Assembly: GCA_963764545.1 (NCBI GenBank)
Contig: CAVXSX010000003.1
Coordinates: 10,300 to 74,299, forward strand
Direction: 5' to 3'
Source of the DNA: an uncultured Solirubrobacterales bacterium
GTDB taxonomy: Bacteria > Actinomycetota > Thermoleophilia > Solirubrobacterales > Solirubrobacteraceae
Length of the DNA stretch: 64,000 bases
Shown here: one piece after another, positions 11,939 to 25,500 of the stretch
Numbering within the stretch: the stretch's first letter is position 1
Layout: every line of letters starts with the position of its first letter
Notes under the pieces: model-generated
The model's database searches: none
What the model saw: only the letters and a program-made list of their open reading frames with translations
Told to the model about the DNA's origin: nothing
Made by a program: the position numbers and the translations under genes

Positions 11939-12937
11939 TTAGACCGGCTCTCGATCAGCAGGTCGACGAGCACTCCGGGGTCCCGGCGCACGCGCTCCTG
12001 AGCCGTTCCGGGCGCGGTTCGCGGCGGTGATCTCGAGCTCATCGGGGTCGGTCAGCCGCCGCAGCCGGCCCTCGGCGATCAGGCGCTCATCGACCGCCCC
12101 CAGGCGGCCTTCGAACACGGTGTAGACCGGCGTGCCGAGCGCGACCGCCTCGCGGTTCATGGTCCCGCCGGCCGAGACCACCACATCGGCGAAGGCGATC
12201 AGCGACTGGGCGTCGATCGCGCGGTCGGGGACGGTGAAGCGGGCGGCTTCTTGCAGCTCGGCGCGCTGCTCGGGGGTCCGTGGCAGGACGACCGTCTGCA
12301 CGGCGGCGAGCCGGTCGAGCACCGCGGCGAACAGGTCGTTCTCGAAGCGGTGATAGAGCGAGACCGCGGGCGGGGTGCGGACCACCGCCACCGGCCGCTG
12401 CGCGTCGAGCCCGAGCGTGGCCAGGATGCCGGGATCGGGCTCGAAGTCCGACAGGTAGTACTCCTCCTTGAGGCCCGGGTAGCCGCGGATCTTGCCCCGG
12501 GCGCCGTAGCGGTAGAGCCGCTCGGGCGGGATCGCGTCCGGGACTACGACGGCGGCCGCGAGCCGGCAGTTGACGTTGTGCTGGACGGTCGCCCACTCGT
12601 AGTCGAACGTGGTGGCGGAGGGGATTCGCAGCAACGCCGCGGCGATCGTGATGTCGTTGGAGCCGTGCCCGAGCGCGCGGTCGAAGCGCCGGCCTCGGGC
12701 CCACCTGGCCAGTGCGTAGGAGCGCTCGGCCAGCCCGCGCGCCTTGGCCGCCACACGGCCTCCGCGGTGATGGCCGATCGCCGTGTGGGCGATCCCCAGA
12801 CGCTCGCACAGGTCGAGTGTCTGGGCGAAGTCGCGCGCGGTGACCTCGACGTCGTGCCCGCGCTCGCGCAGCCGTTCGATCACCGGCCGCATCACGAGGA
12901 CATGGGGGGAGTTCGTCAGGTCGACCCAGATCCTCAT
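11939..12937 (-). CDS. DUF354 family protein (GT-B-like)
   Basis: MRIWVDLTNSPHV, DYEWA, GLKEEYYL, GGTMNREAVALGTP. Confidence 0.85.
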   Translation of the reverse strand: MRIWVDLTNSPHVLVMRPVIERLRERGHDVEVTARDFAQTLDLCERLGIAHTAIGHHRGGRVAAKARGLAERSYALARWARGRRFDRALGHGSNDITIAAALLRIPSATTFDYEWATVQHNVNCRLAAAVVVPDAIPPERLYRYGARGKIRGYPGLKEEYYLSDFEPDPGILATLGLDAQRPVAVVRTPPAVSLYHRFENDLFAAVLDRLAAVQTVVLPRTPEQRAELQEAARFTVPDRAIDAQSLIAFADVVVSAGGTMNREAVALGTPVYTVFEGRLGAVDERLIAEGRLRRLTDPDELEITAANRARNGSGARAPGPRSARRPADREPV

Positions 12938-13000
12938 CTGAGCAAACCCTAATCCCGGCCGATCGCCGAACCGCCGCCGGCCGCTACATTAGCCCGCGGG

Positions 13001-13649
13001 ATGTTGCTCTTCGCGCCGGCGTCGGTCACCGATTCGCTGGTCACCTTGGCCACGCACATCATTCACGACCTCGGCCTCGCCGGCGTCTCGGCGATGACGC
13101 TTGCCTCCGGGGTGATCGGCGTGCCCGGCTCCGAGCCGACCATGCTGTTCGCCGGCTTCAACGTCTTCCGAGCACAACCTGACCATGTTCGGGATCATCG
13201 TGTTCGGCGTGCTGGGCGACGTCATCGGTGCCTCGATCGCCTACGCGATCGGCTACTACGGGCGGCGCGAACTGGTCGAGAAGCACGGCAACAAGCTGCA
13301 CATCTCGACCCGGCGGCTGGATCGCGCCCACGCCTGGTTCGACCGCTACGGCACCCCGGTGATCCTGATCTCGCGCTGGATCCCGTTCGCGCGGGCGGCG
13401 TTCCCGTACGCCGCGGGCGTGGCCCGCATGAGCTACCTGCGGTTCGTGGCGCTGACCACCCTCGGCTCGATCGTGTGGATCGCCGCCTTCGGCGTGCTCG
13501 GCCGCGAGGTCGGAAGCAACTGGCAGAGCTGGCGCCACAACCTGGAGTACGTCGACTACGCGGCCGCCGCGCTGCTGCTGGTGGCAATCGCCTACCTGAT
13601 CGTCCGCATCGCGCGCAGCCGGCGCGGCGACCCGACCGCAGTCGCGTAA
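13001..13649 (+). CDS. dedA: DedA family membrane protein, frameshifted
   Basis: PGSEPTMLFAGF, GASIAYAIG, WFDRYG, SRWIPFAR. Confidence 0.85.
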
Positions 13650-14468
13650 TTCCCAATCGATCCTCCGAGTTCCCGGTCTGGGAGGCGGTCGCCCTCGGCG
13701 CGCTGCACGGTCCGGCCGAGCTGCTCCCGATCTCCTCCTCCGGGCACGTCGCGGTCGTGCCCTGGCTGGCCGGCTGGAGCTACTGCGGGCTCGACGACGA
13801 GCTTCGCAAGTCCTTCGAGGTCGCCCTGCATACCGGGACGGCCGCGGCGCTGCTGATCAGCCTGCGCGGGGAGGTGGCCGACGCCGTTGACGATCTGAGC
13901 CTCCGCCGCGCCTGGCAGATCGGCCTGTCGTTCGCGCCTCCGGCCGCGATCGGATATCGCTTCGAGCGATGGATCGAGCGTCACCTGGGGACCCCGCCCA
14001 CCGTGGCCGCCGGCCTGTTCGCCGGCGCGTTGGCCATGGCCCTGGCCGATCGCGCGCCCCAGGAGCGCTCTGACCGGGACGCCGGATCAGCCGACGCGCT
14101 GTGGCTGGGCGTGGCCCAGGCGTGCGCACTGATCCCGGGCGTCTCGCGTAACGGCGCCACGCTGGCCGCGGCGCGCTGGCGGCGCTTCACGCGGGTCGAC
14201 GCCAACCGCCTCTCGCGCCACGCCGCCCTGCCGATCATCGTCGGCGCCACCGGGCTGAAGGCGGTGCGGCTGCACGCGCGGGGGCTCCCCGCCGGGGGCG
14301 GGTGTGCCATTCGCCGCCGGGGCGCTGGCCGCGTTCGTGTCCACGCTGGGCTCGACGCGCCTGATCCGCGCCCTTCAGCGCGACAGCTCGCTCGCGCCCT
14401 ACGCGGTCTACCGGATCGCCCTGGCCGCCCTGATCGCCCGACGCCTGGTGCGCGAACAGCGTGGCTAA
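13646..14468 (+). CDS. uppP: Undecaprenyl-diphosphate phosphatase (UppP/BacA)
   Basis: GPAELLPISSSGH, EVALHTGT, QACALIPGVSRNGAT, C-terminal YAVYRI; start approximate, 3' frameshift. Confidence 0.88.
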
Positions 14469-14587
14469 CCCCGCGCTCGGCACCCGCCTTGAGCTCGAGT
14501 GTGCACTTGGCCACACCCTGGGTGGCTGAACCCGCGTTCACCTACCGGGCGGCGGCGAGTGTGGGGTTGGCCCTCCGGCGGCGAGCC

Positions 14588-15411
14588 TCACGCGAGCGAC
14601 CACAGCTCGCCCGATGCCGAGCGCGCTCGGGCCGGACCCGCCACTCCAGGGCCCGCCGCCACAGCTCGGCCGGCGCGCGCGGGCCGGGAAGGTCGCACAC
14701 CGCGGCCACCTCGGCGGTGGCCATCGTGCCGAACCGGCGCAGCGCGTCCTCCACCGACAGCGTCCGCACCCGTCGGGCGACCGCGCCGGCCGCCATCGCC
14801 GCCGCCCGGAGCTTCCCGTAGTCGGACGGGCCGTAGACGCCGTGGCGTACCCCGTCCGCACCCACGAACTCCAGCGAGGGCAGCTTGACCCGCTCGCTCC
14901 CCGGCGAGTAGTGCTCGGCCGGAACGGCGCCACAGCGGTCGAGATCGGCCGCGAAGGCCTCCAGCACCCCATGCGAGGCGAGGCCCAGCCGCAGCCGCTC
15001 GACGTCCAGCCCCGGCACCTCGCGGGCCTCGGCGATCAGCGCGTCGGCAGTGTCGAGCTTGCGCCGGCGGCACAGCAGCCCCTCGCGCAGCCGGCGCAGA
15101 TATCGCGCCGGAGAGCCCTGCTCGGAGGCCGCCTTGACCGCCAGGCAGGCCGGGTGCGAGCTGCGCGGGGGGTCGGCGAGCCACAGCCGGGGGTCGACCG
15201 GCATGCCGCTCTCAGCGGAGGCCTCGAGCATCTCCGCGACCAGGTGGCCGGTGTCCCCGACCTCGCGCGCCATCCCGCACATCACGTAGGTGACCTCGAG
15301 CCCATCCCCGAACTCGACAGCCAGCTTGCGCAGTGCAGGTTCGAGCGCCCACGACCAAGGGCACATGGGATCGGTGTAGTAGTAGGTGTGGACCACGGCG
15401 ATGTGGCGCAA
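14588..15411 (-). CDS. DsbA/FrnE-like thioredoxin-fold protein
   Basis: YYTDPMCPWSW, SSHPACLAVKAA. Confidence 0.8.
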
Positions 15412-15446
15412 AATAGAGACTGGTGCCCCACGTGAGTAGACCCACT

Positions 15447-16969
15447 ATGAGCACGCTGCGCGGCACCACGCTCAACGGCCGATACCGGCTCGAGGATCGG
15501 ATCGGCGCGGGCGGGATGTCGACGGTCTACCGAGCCACCGACGAGACGCTCCAGCGCCAGGTGGCGATCAAGCTGATGCACCGCGAGATCGCCAGCGACT
15601 CCGATCAGCTCGAGCGCTTCCGCCGCGAGGCCCGGGCGGTGGCGCAGCTCTCGCACCCGCACATCGTGGGGGTGATCGACTACGGCGAGGACGACGGCCG
15701 GCCCTACATCGTGTTCGAGTACGTGGAGGGCGAGACGCTCAAGGAGCGCATCCGCCGCAACGGCCGCCTGCCGATCCCCGAGGCGGTGGCCTACGCGATC
15801 GAGATCGCCCGGGCGCTCGGCACCGCCCACGCCCGCCACATCGTCCACCGAGACGTCAAGCCCCAGAACGTGCTGATCGACGAGGAGGGCTCGGCCAAGG
15901 TCACCGACTTCGGGATCGCCCGGACGCTCGACGAGGAGGGCCTGACCGCCGACGGGCGCGTGCTCGGCACGACCGACTACGTCTCGCCCGAGCAGGCCCT
16001 GGGCCGCCCGGTGACCGGCCAGTCCGATCTCTACTCGCTGGGGATCGTGCTCTACGAGATGCTGACCGGCGAGGTCCCGTACAAGGGCGAGAACCAGGTG
16101 GCGGTGGCGATGAAGCACGTCCGCGAGCCGCTGCCCGACGTGCAGTACCGCCGGCCCGAGATCTCGGCCGCGCTGGCCTCGGTGGTCGACACCGCCACGG
16201 CCAAGCGGGTCGAGGACCGCTACGCCGACGACGCCGAGCTGATCGCCGACCTCGAGGACGCGCTGGCAATCGAGACCGCCCGGGCCGGCAGCGCCACCGG
16301 CGAGGTGACCAGCGTGCTGCGCACGCTGCCCTCTCACACCCAGCGCCGGGTCCCGTTCCGCGTCCGCCACCGCGCCTGGGCCATCGTGCTCATGCTGGTC
16401 CTGCTGGCCATCGCCGGCGGCGTGGTGGCGTGGCTGGACCACCCGCACCCACCACGCCGCGCCCAAGCTCAACGCCCCGGCGCCCGCCGCCGCATCTGGC
16501 CCAGGTCCGGCCCTGCTCGAGCTGCGCGCACGACTACAACCCGGACGCGGTGACCGGCGCCCAAGAACCAGAACCCCAACCTGGTCGGGCTCGCGATCGA
16601 CGGCAACACCAGCACCGCGTGGGTGACCGAGCACTACTACAACGGCTCGCTCCAGAAGGACGGGCGTCGGGCTCTACGTCGACATGGGCCGGTCGATGGA
16701 CGTCAGCGAGATCGTCGTCTACACCCAGACTCCCGGCTTCCGGGCCCAGATCTGGGGCAGCAACTCGCCGCCCGACCCTTACGTGTTCAACAAGGGCCCG
16801 GGCGGCTGGACCCAGCTGACCGACATACCGTCGATGCAGCGCCGCCAGCCGATCCCGCTCGGCACGGGCACCCCGCTATCGCTACTACCTGGTCTGGATC
16901 AAGACGCTGCCGCCGGGCCAGCTGTTCGCCGCGCTCAACGAGATCGCGCTGTACCGCCTGACCCGGTAG
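15447..16969 (+). CDS. Hanks-type Ser/Thr kinase with TM helix and extracellular beta-rich domain, frameshifted
   Basis: IGAGGMSTVY, VAIK, HRDVKPQN, DFG, GTTDYVSPE; C-terminal AIDGNTSTAWVTEHY (discoidin-like). Confidence 0.9.
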
Positions 16970-16981
16970 GCGCCGCGGCCG

Positions 16982-17839
16982 CTAGCCGTAGTCGTAGAAG
17001 CCGCGGCCGGACTTCCGTCCGAGCCGGCCGCTGGCCACCATCCGCTTCATCAGCGGCGGCGGCGCGTACTCGTCGCGCTTGAACTCCTCGTACAGCGAGT
17101 CGCAGACCGCATACAGGACGTCCAAGCCGATGAAGTCGCACAGCGTCAGCGGCCCCATCGGGTGACCGCAGCCGAGCTTCATCCCGTTGTCGATGTCCTC
17201 CCGGGAGGCGAAGCCGTCCTCGTACATGCGCACGGCGGCCATCAGGTAGGGGACCAGCAGCATGTTGACGATGAAGCCCGAGCGGTCCTTGGTCTCGATC
17301 GGCCGCTTGCCCAGCCGCTCGACGAACCGCCGGGCGCGGGCGACCGTCTCCTCGCTGGTGTCGAGCGCGACCACGACCTCGACCAGCGTTCATCACCGGC
17401 ACCGGCGAGAAGAAGTGCAGCCCGAGCACCCGCTCGGGCTGGCTCACCGCCTGGGCGAGCTCGGCGATCGGGATCGAGGACGTGTTGGAGGCCACGACCG
17501 CGCCATCCGCGACCACGCCGTCGATCGCCTCCATGACCGACAGCTTGAGCCGCTCGTCCTCGGGCACCGCCTCGACCACCAGGTCGGCCTGGCCGATCGC
17601 ATCGAGGTCGGTGGTCAGCTCGATCCGCTCGCGGACCGCCCCGGCATCTGAATCGCGAAAGCTTGCCACCCCGCACCGCCCGGGCCAGCGAGACCTCGAT
17701 CCGCTCGCCGGCCCGTCCCACCGCTGCCTCGTCGACGTCGCGCACGGATCACCGGCATGCCGGCCACCGCCACGGCCTCGGCGATACCCGTGCCCATGAA
17801 CCCAGCGCCGACGACGGCGACCGATTCGATCTCGCTCAT
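16982..17839 (-). CDS. 3-hydroxybutyryl-CoA / 3-hydroxyacyl-CoA dehydrogenase, frameshifted
   Basis: VVGAGFMGTGIA, VEAVPE, ASNTSS, GLHFF, GFIVN, PMGPL, LGRKSGRGFYDY. Confidence 0.92.
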
Positions 17840-17866
17840 GGCGGTCAGCTTAATGACGCGGGCCGG

Positions 17867-18868
17867 TCAGTGCCGGTGACGCGCCAAGGCCGCGTGGCGC
17901 TCGAAGGCGAGCTGCACCAGGCGGTCGAGCAGCTCGGCGTAGGGCACGCCGCTGGCCTCGAACAGCGAGGCGAACACGCTGGTGGCGGTGAACCCGGGCA
18001 TCGTGTTGAGCTCGTTGAGCAGCACGCGCTCGCCCTCGATGAAGAAGTCGACTCGAGCCAGCCCGCTGCACCCGGCCCGCTGGAAGGCCTCGATCGCCAT
18101 CTCCTGGATGCGCTCGCGCACCCAGGGCGGCACCCGGGCCGGCACCACGAGCTGCATCCCGCCCGGCGTGTACTTGGCCTCGTAGTCGTACCAGCCCGCC
18201 TCGCCGGCGCCCAGCACGATCTCGCCCGGCTCGGAGGCGATCGGATCGCCGTTGCCGATCACCGAGCACTCGACCTCGAGCCCGCGCGCGGCCGCCTCGA
18301 CGATCGCCAGCCCGTCGTGCTCGAACGCGGTCTGGAGCGCGCCCGCCAGCTCGTCGGCCGCCCCGACCCGGACGATCCCGACCGAGGAGCCGAGCCGCGC
18401 CGGCTTGACGAACACCGGCAGGCCAAGCCCCTCCAGGCGGGCGAGCACGCCCGAGCGGTCGGACACGAGCTCCTCGGCGCGCACCGCCCGATAGTCGACC
18501 TGAGGCAGCCCGGCGTGGGCCATCAGCTCCTTGAACATGACCTTGTCCATGCACACGGCCGAGGCGAGCACGCCGGCCCCCACGTAGGGGACGTCCAGGC
18601 ACTCGAGCAGTCCCTGCACGGTGCCGTCCTCGCCGAACGGGCCGTGCAGCACCGGGAACACCACGTCGACGCCGTCGAGGCCCTGGCCCGGCGTCAGCGC
18701 GACCGGGGCGCCGTCGCGCCGCCACACCCCGTCGCGCCCGATGTCGATCGCGATCGGCTCGTGGCCGGCGGCGAGCAGCCCCTCGCGGACCGACGCCGAG
18801 GAGGCGAGCGACACCTCGTGCTCGGAGGAGCGACCCCCGCCGAGCACCGCAACCCGCGCGCGGCTCAC
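17867..18868 (-). CDS. ddl: D-alanine--D-alanine ligase
   Basis: GGRSSEHEVS, HGPFGEDG, MDK, KPARLGSSVG, YDYEAKY, NELNTMPGFT. Confidence 0.96.
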   Translation of the reverse strand: MSRARVAVLGGGRSSEHEVSLASSASVREGLLAAGHEPIAIDIGRDGVWRRDGAPVALTPGQGLDGVDVVFPVLHGPFGEDGTVQGLLECLDVPYVGAGVLASAVCMDKVMFKELMAHAGLPQVDYRAVRAEELVSDRSGVLARLEGLGLPVFVKPARLGSSVGIVRVGAADELAGALQTAFEHDGLAIVEAAARGLEVECSVIGNGDPIASEPGEIVLGAGEAGWYDYEAKYTPGGMQLVVPARVPPWVRERIQEMAIEAFQRAGCSGLARVDFFIEGERVLLNELNTMPGFTATSVFASLFEASGVPYAELLDRLVQLAFERHAALARHRH

Positions 18869-20862
18869 TTCTTCTTCGTGTCCGGACGTCGTGCCGGTCG
18901 CCGTGGTCGGGGTGCGTGGTGCTCGTGGTCGTGGTCGGGGTCGTGGACGCCACGTACTTGCCGACCACGATCGTCACGCTGGTGTCCTTCTTGGCCTGGC
19001 TCGAGGCGGCCGGCGTCTGGCTCTGGACGACGCCGTTCTGGTTCGGGTCGGTCACCGTCTGCCTCTGCACGGTGGCCGGGAAGCCGGCCGCGCCCAGCGT
19101 CGCCTCGGCCGCTCCCCGGGTCTGCCCGACCACGTTCGGGACGGCCACCGTGGCCGGGGCCTTGGCCACCACCAGCGTCACGGTCGAGCCGCTCGGCCGC
19201 GGACTTGCCGCCGACCGGGCTCTGGACTAGCACGGTGCCCGGGGCGGCGCTGGTGGTCACCTGGCTGGTGGTGACCACGTTGAAGCCGCGGCTCTGAAGC
19301 GTCGACTTGGCCTGACCCGACGTCCTCGGTGGTCACGTCGGGGACCTGCACGGCGGGCGGGCCGCTCGAGACGAAGATCGTCACCGGCGGTGCCGACCGG
19401 CGGCGTGGCCCCGGCGGCCGGACTGGTGTCGATCACCTGCCCCGAGGCGTACTGGCTGCTCGACTGGTGGACGACCTTGCCCACCTTGAGGTTGGCGATC
19501 TGGATCGAGGACTTGGCCTGCTGGAGCGTCTCGCCGACCACGGTCGGCACGGTCGGTGTCGCCCGGACCGGAGGACACGGTGAGCGAGACGTTCGAGCCC
19601 TCCTTGGCCCTGGCTCCGGACAGCGGGTTCTGGCCGATCACCGTCCCGGCGGTCTTGGCGTTGGTGACCTGGATCTGGCTCACCGTGAAGCCGTCGTTCT
19701 GGAGCTGGGCCTGGGCGGTGGTGAACGGCTCGCCGACCACGGCGGGGACGTCCTGCTTGACCGGGCGGGTCAGCAGATAGGCGGCCACGCCGCCGCCGGC
19801 CAGGAGCAGCACGAGCAACAGCAGCAGCCACGGCCACAGCGGACGCCGGTGCTCGGGCTCCTCCTCGAATGGCGGCACGGGTCCGGTGTCGATCACGTCG
19901 AACGATCCGGTCCCGGCCGGCGGGGGCGCGGCGGGCGGCGCGCTCACGGCCGCCGCGCTCGCGGCGTAGCGGCCCGCGGCCACCCCGGCCAGCGCCGCCA
20001 TGCTCGCGGTGCGCTGACCGCGCTCGCCGGACAGCAGCGCGGTCCGGGCCTGCTCGAGCGCGGTGATGAACTGGTCGGCATTGGCCGGGCGGTCGACCGG
20101 GTTCTTGTTGAGCGCCCACATCACGATCTGCTCGAGCTCGGGCGGCACCTCGGGGTTGAGCACGGTCATCGGGGGCGGGGCCTCCGAGACGTGCTTGAGC
20201 GCGATGCTGACCGCCGATTCGGCGTCGAACGGCACCCGCCCGGTGAGCATCTCGTACAGGACGACCCCGATCGAGTAGAGATCCGATCCGGCGCTCACCG
20301 CGTGGCCCTGGGCCTGCTCGGGCGAGAGGTACTGCGCGGTGCCCATGATCGAGCCGGTCTCGGTCATGTCCGAGGCGCCGGCCCGGGCGATTCCGAAGTC
20401 GGTGACCTTGGCGTTGTCGGAGTCGTCGACGATCACGTTGTGCGGCTTCAGGTCGCGGTGGATCACGCCCCGGCGATGGGCGAACCGCGCCGCCTTCAGT
20501 ATCTGCAGCGTGATGTCGATCGCCCGGATCGGATCGAGCGGGGCCTCGGCGCGGATCAGCTGCTTGAGCGAGCGGCCCGGCAGGTACTCCATCGCGATGT
20601 AGTACGTCCCGTCGTAGGCGCCGCGGTCATACACGCTGACCACGTTGGGGTGCTGCAGGCCGGCGGCCGCCTGCGCCTCCCGGCGGAAGCGCTCGACGAA
20701 CCCGGGATCCTCGGCGAAGCGCTGGTAGAGCAGCTTGAGCGCGACCTTGCGGCCGAGCTGCTCGTCCTCGGCCAGGAACACGTCGGCCATGCCGCCGGCG
20801 CCCAGCCGCGAGACGATCTTGTAGCGGTCGTCGACCATCGTGCCGGCACCGAGACCCGCCAT
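18865..20862 (-). CDS. pknB: PASTA-domain Ser/Thr kinase (PknB/Stk1), frameshifted in the PASTA region
   Basis: LGAGGMADV, HRDLKPHN, DFG, MTETGSIMGTAQYLSPEQ, TM helix, repeated VPxVVG PASTA motifs. Confidence 0.93.
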
Positions 20863-22291
20863 CAGTGGCCTTCCGAGAGGAGCACCTGGAGCACTGCCTT
20901 GGCGATCGGCGCGGCCACCGAGCCGCCGAAGCCGCCGTTGGAGCGATCGACCATCACCGCGATCGCGATCTTCGGGTGCTGCGCCGGCGCGAAGGCCACG
21001 AACGCCGGCTGGGTGAGGTTGGAGCCGGTGGGGCCGATCTGCGGGGTGCCGGTCTTGCCGGCGACGCTGATCCCGCCGAGCTGGACGGCCGTGCCGGTGC
21101 CCTCCTCGACCACCTTCTCCATCATCCGCGTCACCGCCTGCGCCGTCGAGGGCTTCATGACCTGGCTGTAGACGGTGGGGTTGATGGTCTTGACGGTGCG
21201 GCCGTCCTGATCGACCACCCTATCGGTCAGGCGAGGCGTCATCAACGTGCCGTCATTACCCACTGCGGCGGCCACCATCGCCATCTGTAGCGGGGTCACC
21301 AGCAGCCCGCCCTCGCCGATCCCGATCCGCCCGATGTCCTCGTCCGGGCTGCCGGGCGTGAACGGCTTGCCGTTGCTCGAGAACGGACGGCTGATCCCGA
21401 TCTGCCCGGAGGGGTAGTCGAGCGGCGGCTTGGAGTAGAAGCCGAACCGCTTCATGTACTCGGTCATCGTCGGACGGCCCACGTGCTCGGCCACCTGGGC
21501 GAAGATCGTGTTGATCGACTGGGTCATCGCGACCGTGAGCGTCTGCGGGCCCCACGACTTGTCGCCGTCGTTGTTCAGCGGCACGCCCGGAGATCGTGAC
21601 CGGCGAATTGCCGTTGATGACCGAGTTCTCGGTGTACATGCCGCTGTCGATCGCGGCGGTGGCGGTGACGATCTTGAACGTCGAGCCGGGGGCGTACTGG
21701 CCCTGGGTGGTCCGGTTGAGCAGGCAGTCGGGCTGGCCGCACGCCTTGGCCGGGTTGGGCGAGTTGTTGTCGTAGGTCGGGTTGGCGTACATGACCCTGA
21801 TCGCCCCGGTGCTCGGGTCGATCGCCACCACCGAGCCCGGCCTGCCCGGCCAGTGCCTGCTGGGCGGCGCGCTGGCCCTTGACGTCGAGCGTGGTGTAGA
21901 CGTCATCGCCGACCGGGCGCGGGTTGAGCTGGCCGAAGATCGAGGTCAGGCCGGTCTGGATCCCCCGCAGGTCGGCGCCGAGGGACTCCTCCAGCCCCGC
22001 CGCCTCGCCCCTGGCGGCGATCGAGTAACCGACCGCGTGCGCGAACAGCGGCCCGGTCGGATACGTCCGGCTCCACGTGTGGTCGGGCGCCGGCACCGAC
22101 TTCGCCAGCACGGTGCCGTCGGCGGCCAGGATCCGCCCGCGCTTGATCTGGAGCTCGTCGAGCAGCGTGCGGACGTTCAGCGGGTTGTTGTTCAGCGAGG
22201 AGGCCTGGAACACCGTCCAGCGCGAGGTGAAGCCCACCAGCAGCGCGAACAGCACCACGATGAGCGCCGAACAGGCGGACGATCGGGCCGC

Positions 22292-22295
<4 letters not shown>
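20862..22295 (-). CDS. pbpA: Class B penicillin-binding protein PbpA, frameshifted
   Basis: RGRILAADG, PGSTFK (SxxK), SIN (SxN), KTG. Confidence 0.9.
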
Positions 22296-23594
<1,299 letters not shown>

Positions 23595-23672
23595 GCGACC
23601 CGCTCCGGTGGGGCGCGCGATGCCCACGGGGCGTGCGGCGCCCACGGGATGGGCGGGCCCCCGACCTCGTGC

Positions 23673-24957
23673 TCACGGCGAGATCTTTCCCTGCTCGAGG
23701 TCCATCACCAGCGAGGTGGCATCCGACTGCGAGCGCAGGTCGTTGTTCAGCAGCGTGGCGCGCCTCGCGGCCGGGATCGTCGAGGCCGGCACGCCGGAGA
23801 CGTAGTAGGTCTCATACAGGGGCACGCCGAACGGCAGCTCGTAGGGGAACCCCCGGTAGATCGTCACCATTCCCTGCGCGTCGGTGCCGATGAAGTACAG
23901 CTGGCGGGAGGCGAGATAGCCGGCTCCGCCGATCAACGCGAGCACGATCACGGTCGCCAGCAGCGCCGCCAGCGGTTTGCGATACCGCGGCTCGCGGCGG
24001 TGGGCAACCGGCGGGATCGGCTCGAGCCGCCGGGTCGCGGGCGGAGGTGGCGAGCGCTCCAGCGCCGAGTGCGTGGGCGCGGGCGCGACGGCGACCGCGC
24101 CGCGGCCGCGCGCTTCGGCGGCTCGATGCGCGGACTCCCCGACCGAGCCGGCGCCATCGCCCTCCGGGCTCGGCGCTCGGCGCTGCGCGGGACCGCCACG
24201 CCGACCATCGTCTGCTCGTTCGGATCCGTCCTCCTCGCCGAGCTCCTCGAGGCGGAACAGGATCACCGTGATGTTGTCGCGGCCGCCCGCTTCGTTGGCC
24301 TCGCCGATCAGCGCGTCGGCCGCCGCGTCGAGGTTCTCGTTGGCCTCGAGCACTGCCCTGACCCGTTCCTCGGAGATCATCGAGGTGAGACCGTCGCTGC
24401 ACAGCAGGACCACGTCTCCGGCGCGCGCCGGATAGGTCCAGGTGTCGACCTCGACATCGGGCTCGGGTCCCAGAGCGCGGGTGATGATCGAGCGCTGCGG
24501 GATGCTCGGCCGCCTGCTCCTCGGTCAGCTTGCCGCGGCGCACGAGCTCGTCGACCAGCGAGTGATCCTGGGTCAGGCGCTGGAGCGTGCCGTCGCGGAA
24601 CAGGTAGGCCCGGCTGTCGCCGACGTGGGCGATGGCCACGTGGGCGTCATCCACGTAGGCGGCGGTCAGCGTGGTGCCCATGCCGGCCCGGCCCCGGTCG
24701 GCCCGCGAGCGCTCGTGGATCTGGTGGTTGGCCTCGCGCACCCGGGTGGCCAGCCGCTCCTCGGCGCTGCCGTCGTCGGGCAGGCCATGCTCGAAGGCCT
24801 CGATCGCCAGGCGCGAGGCGACCTCCCCGGCCTGCGCGCCGCCCATGCCGTCGGCCACCACGAACACCGGCGCGCGGGCGAACGCGCTGTCCTCGTTGTC
24901 CCGCCGCTGACGGCCGGTGTCGGTCTTGCAGATGGCTTCGGCCGCGCGGAGCATCAT
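23673..24957 (-). CDS. pstP: PP2C-type Ser/Thr phosphatase PstP/Stp1, frameshifted
   Basis: TDTGRQRRDNED, VADGMGG, HVGDSRAY, LLCSDGL, GGRDNIT, TM helix. Confidence 0.92.
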
Positions 24958-24997
24958 CCAGCGCTCGGTTCGCGGGTCGGGGTGGCGGGCGAAGGCG

Positions 24998-25494
24998 TCA
25001 TTGCTCGTAGGAGAACTCGCAGTCGCCGATCCGAATCCGGTCGCCCGGATGCAGCGGCTGCGGGCCGCTCAGGGGCTCTTCGTTCAGGTAGGTGCCATTG
25101 GTGGATCCGAGGTCCTCGATCACGACGACGTGGCCCTCCCGCGAGATGCGGGCGTGGTGCGCAGATGCGAACGGATCGTCGAGCCTGATCTCGACGTCTC
25201 CGCGGCCGAGAGTAGCGCCCTGGCTGGGAATTTCATACGCGCTCCCGGTCTCGTGGCCCGGAGCGCGTGCCCACCAGCAGGCGCGGCTCGAAGCCATCGC
25301 TCGTCTCCCTCGACCATGGCGCTCGCCGCGTCGTACATGCCGGTGGCGTCGTAGCGCGCGGCCGCGTCGGCCCGGACCACGCCGCCGCGCCCTCGCCGCA
25401 GATCGCGCAGCGCGCTCCAGGCCACCCACACCAAAAACAGGTAGAGCACGATCAGGAAGCCGAACTTGAGCGCAACCGAGACGGGGGCGAGCAT
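24998..25494 (-). CDS. fhaB: FHA domain protein (FhaB/FipA-like), frameshifted
   Basis: N-terminal TM helix; LGR, DPFASAHHA, EDLGSTNGT. Confidence 0.85.
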
Positions 25495-25500
25495 CGCGGC

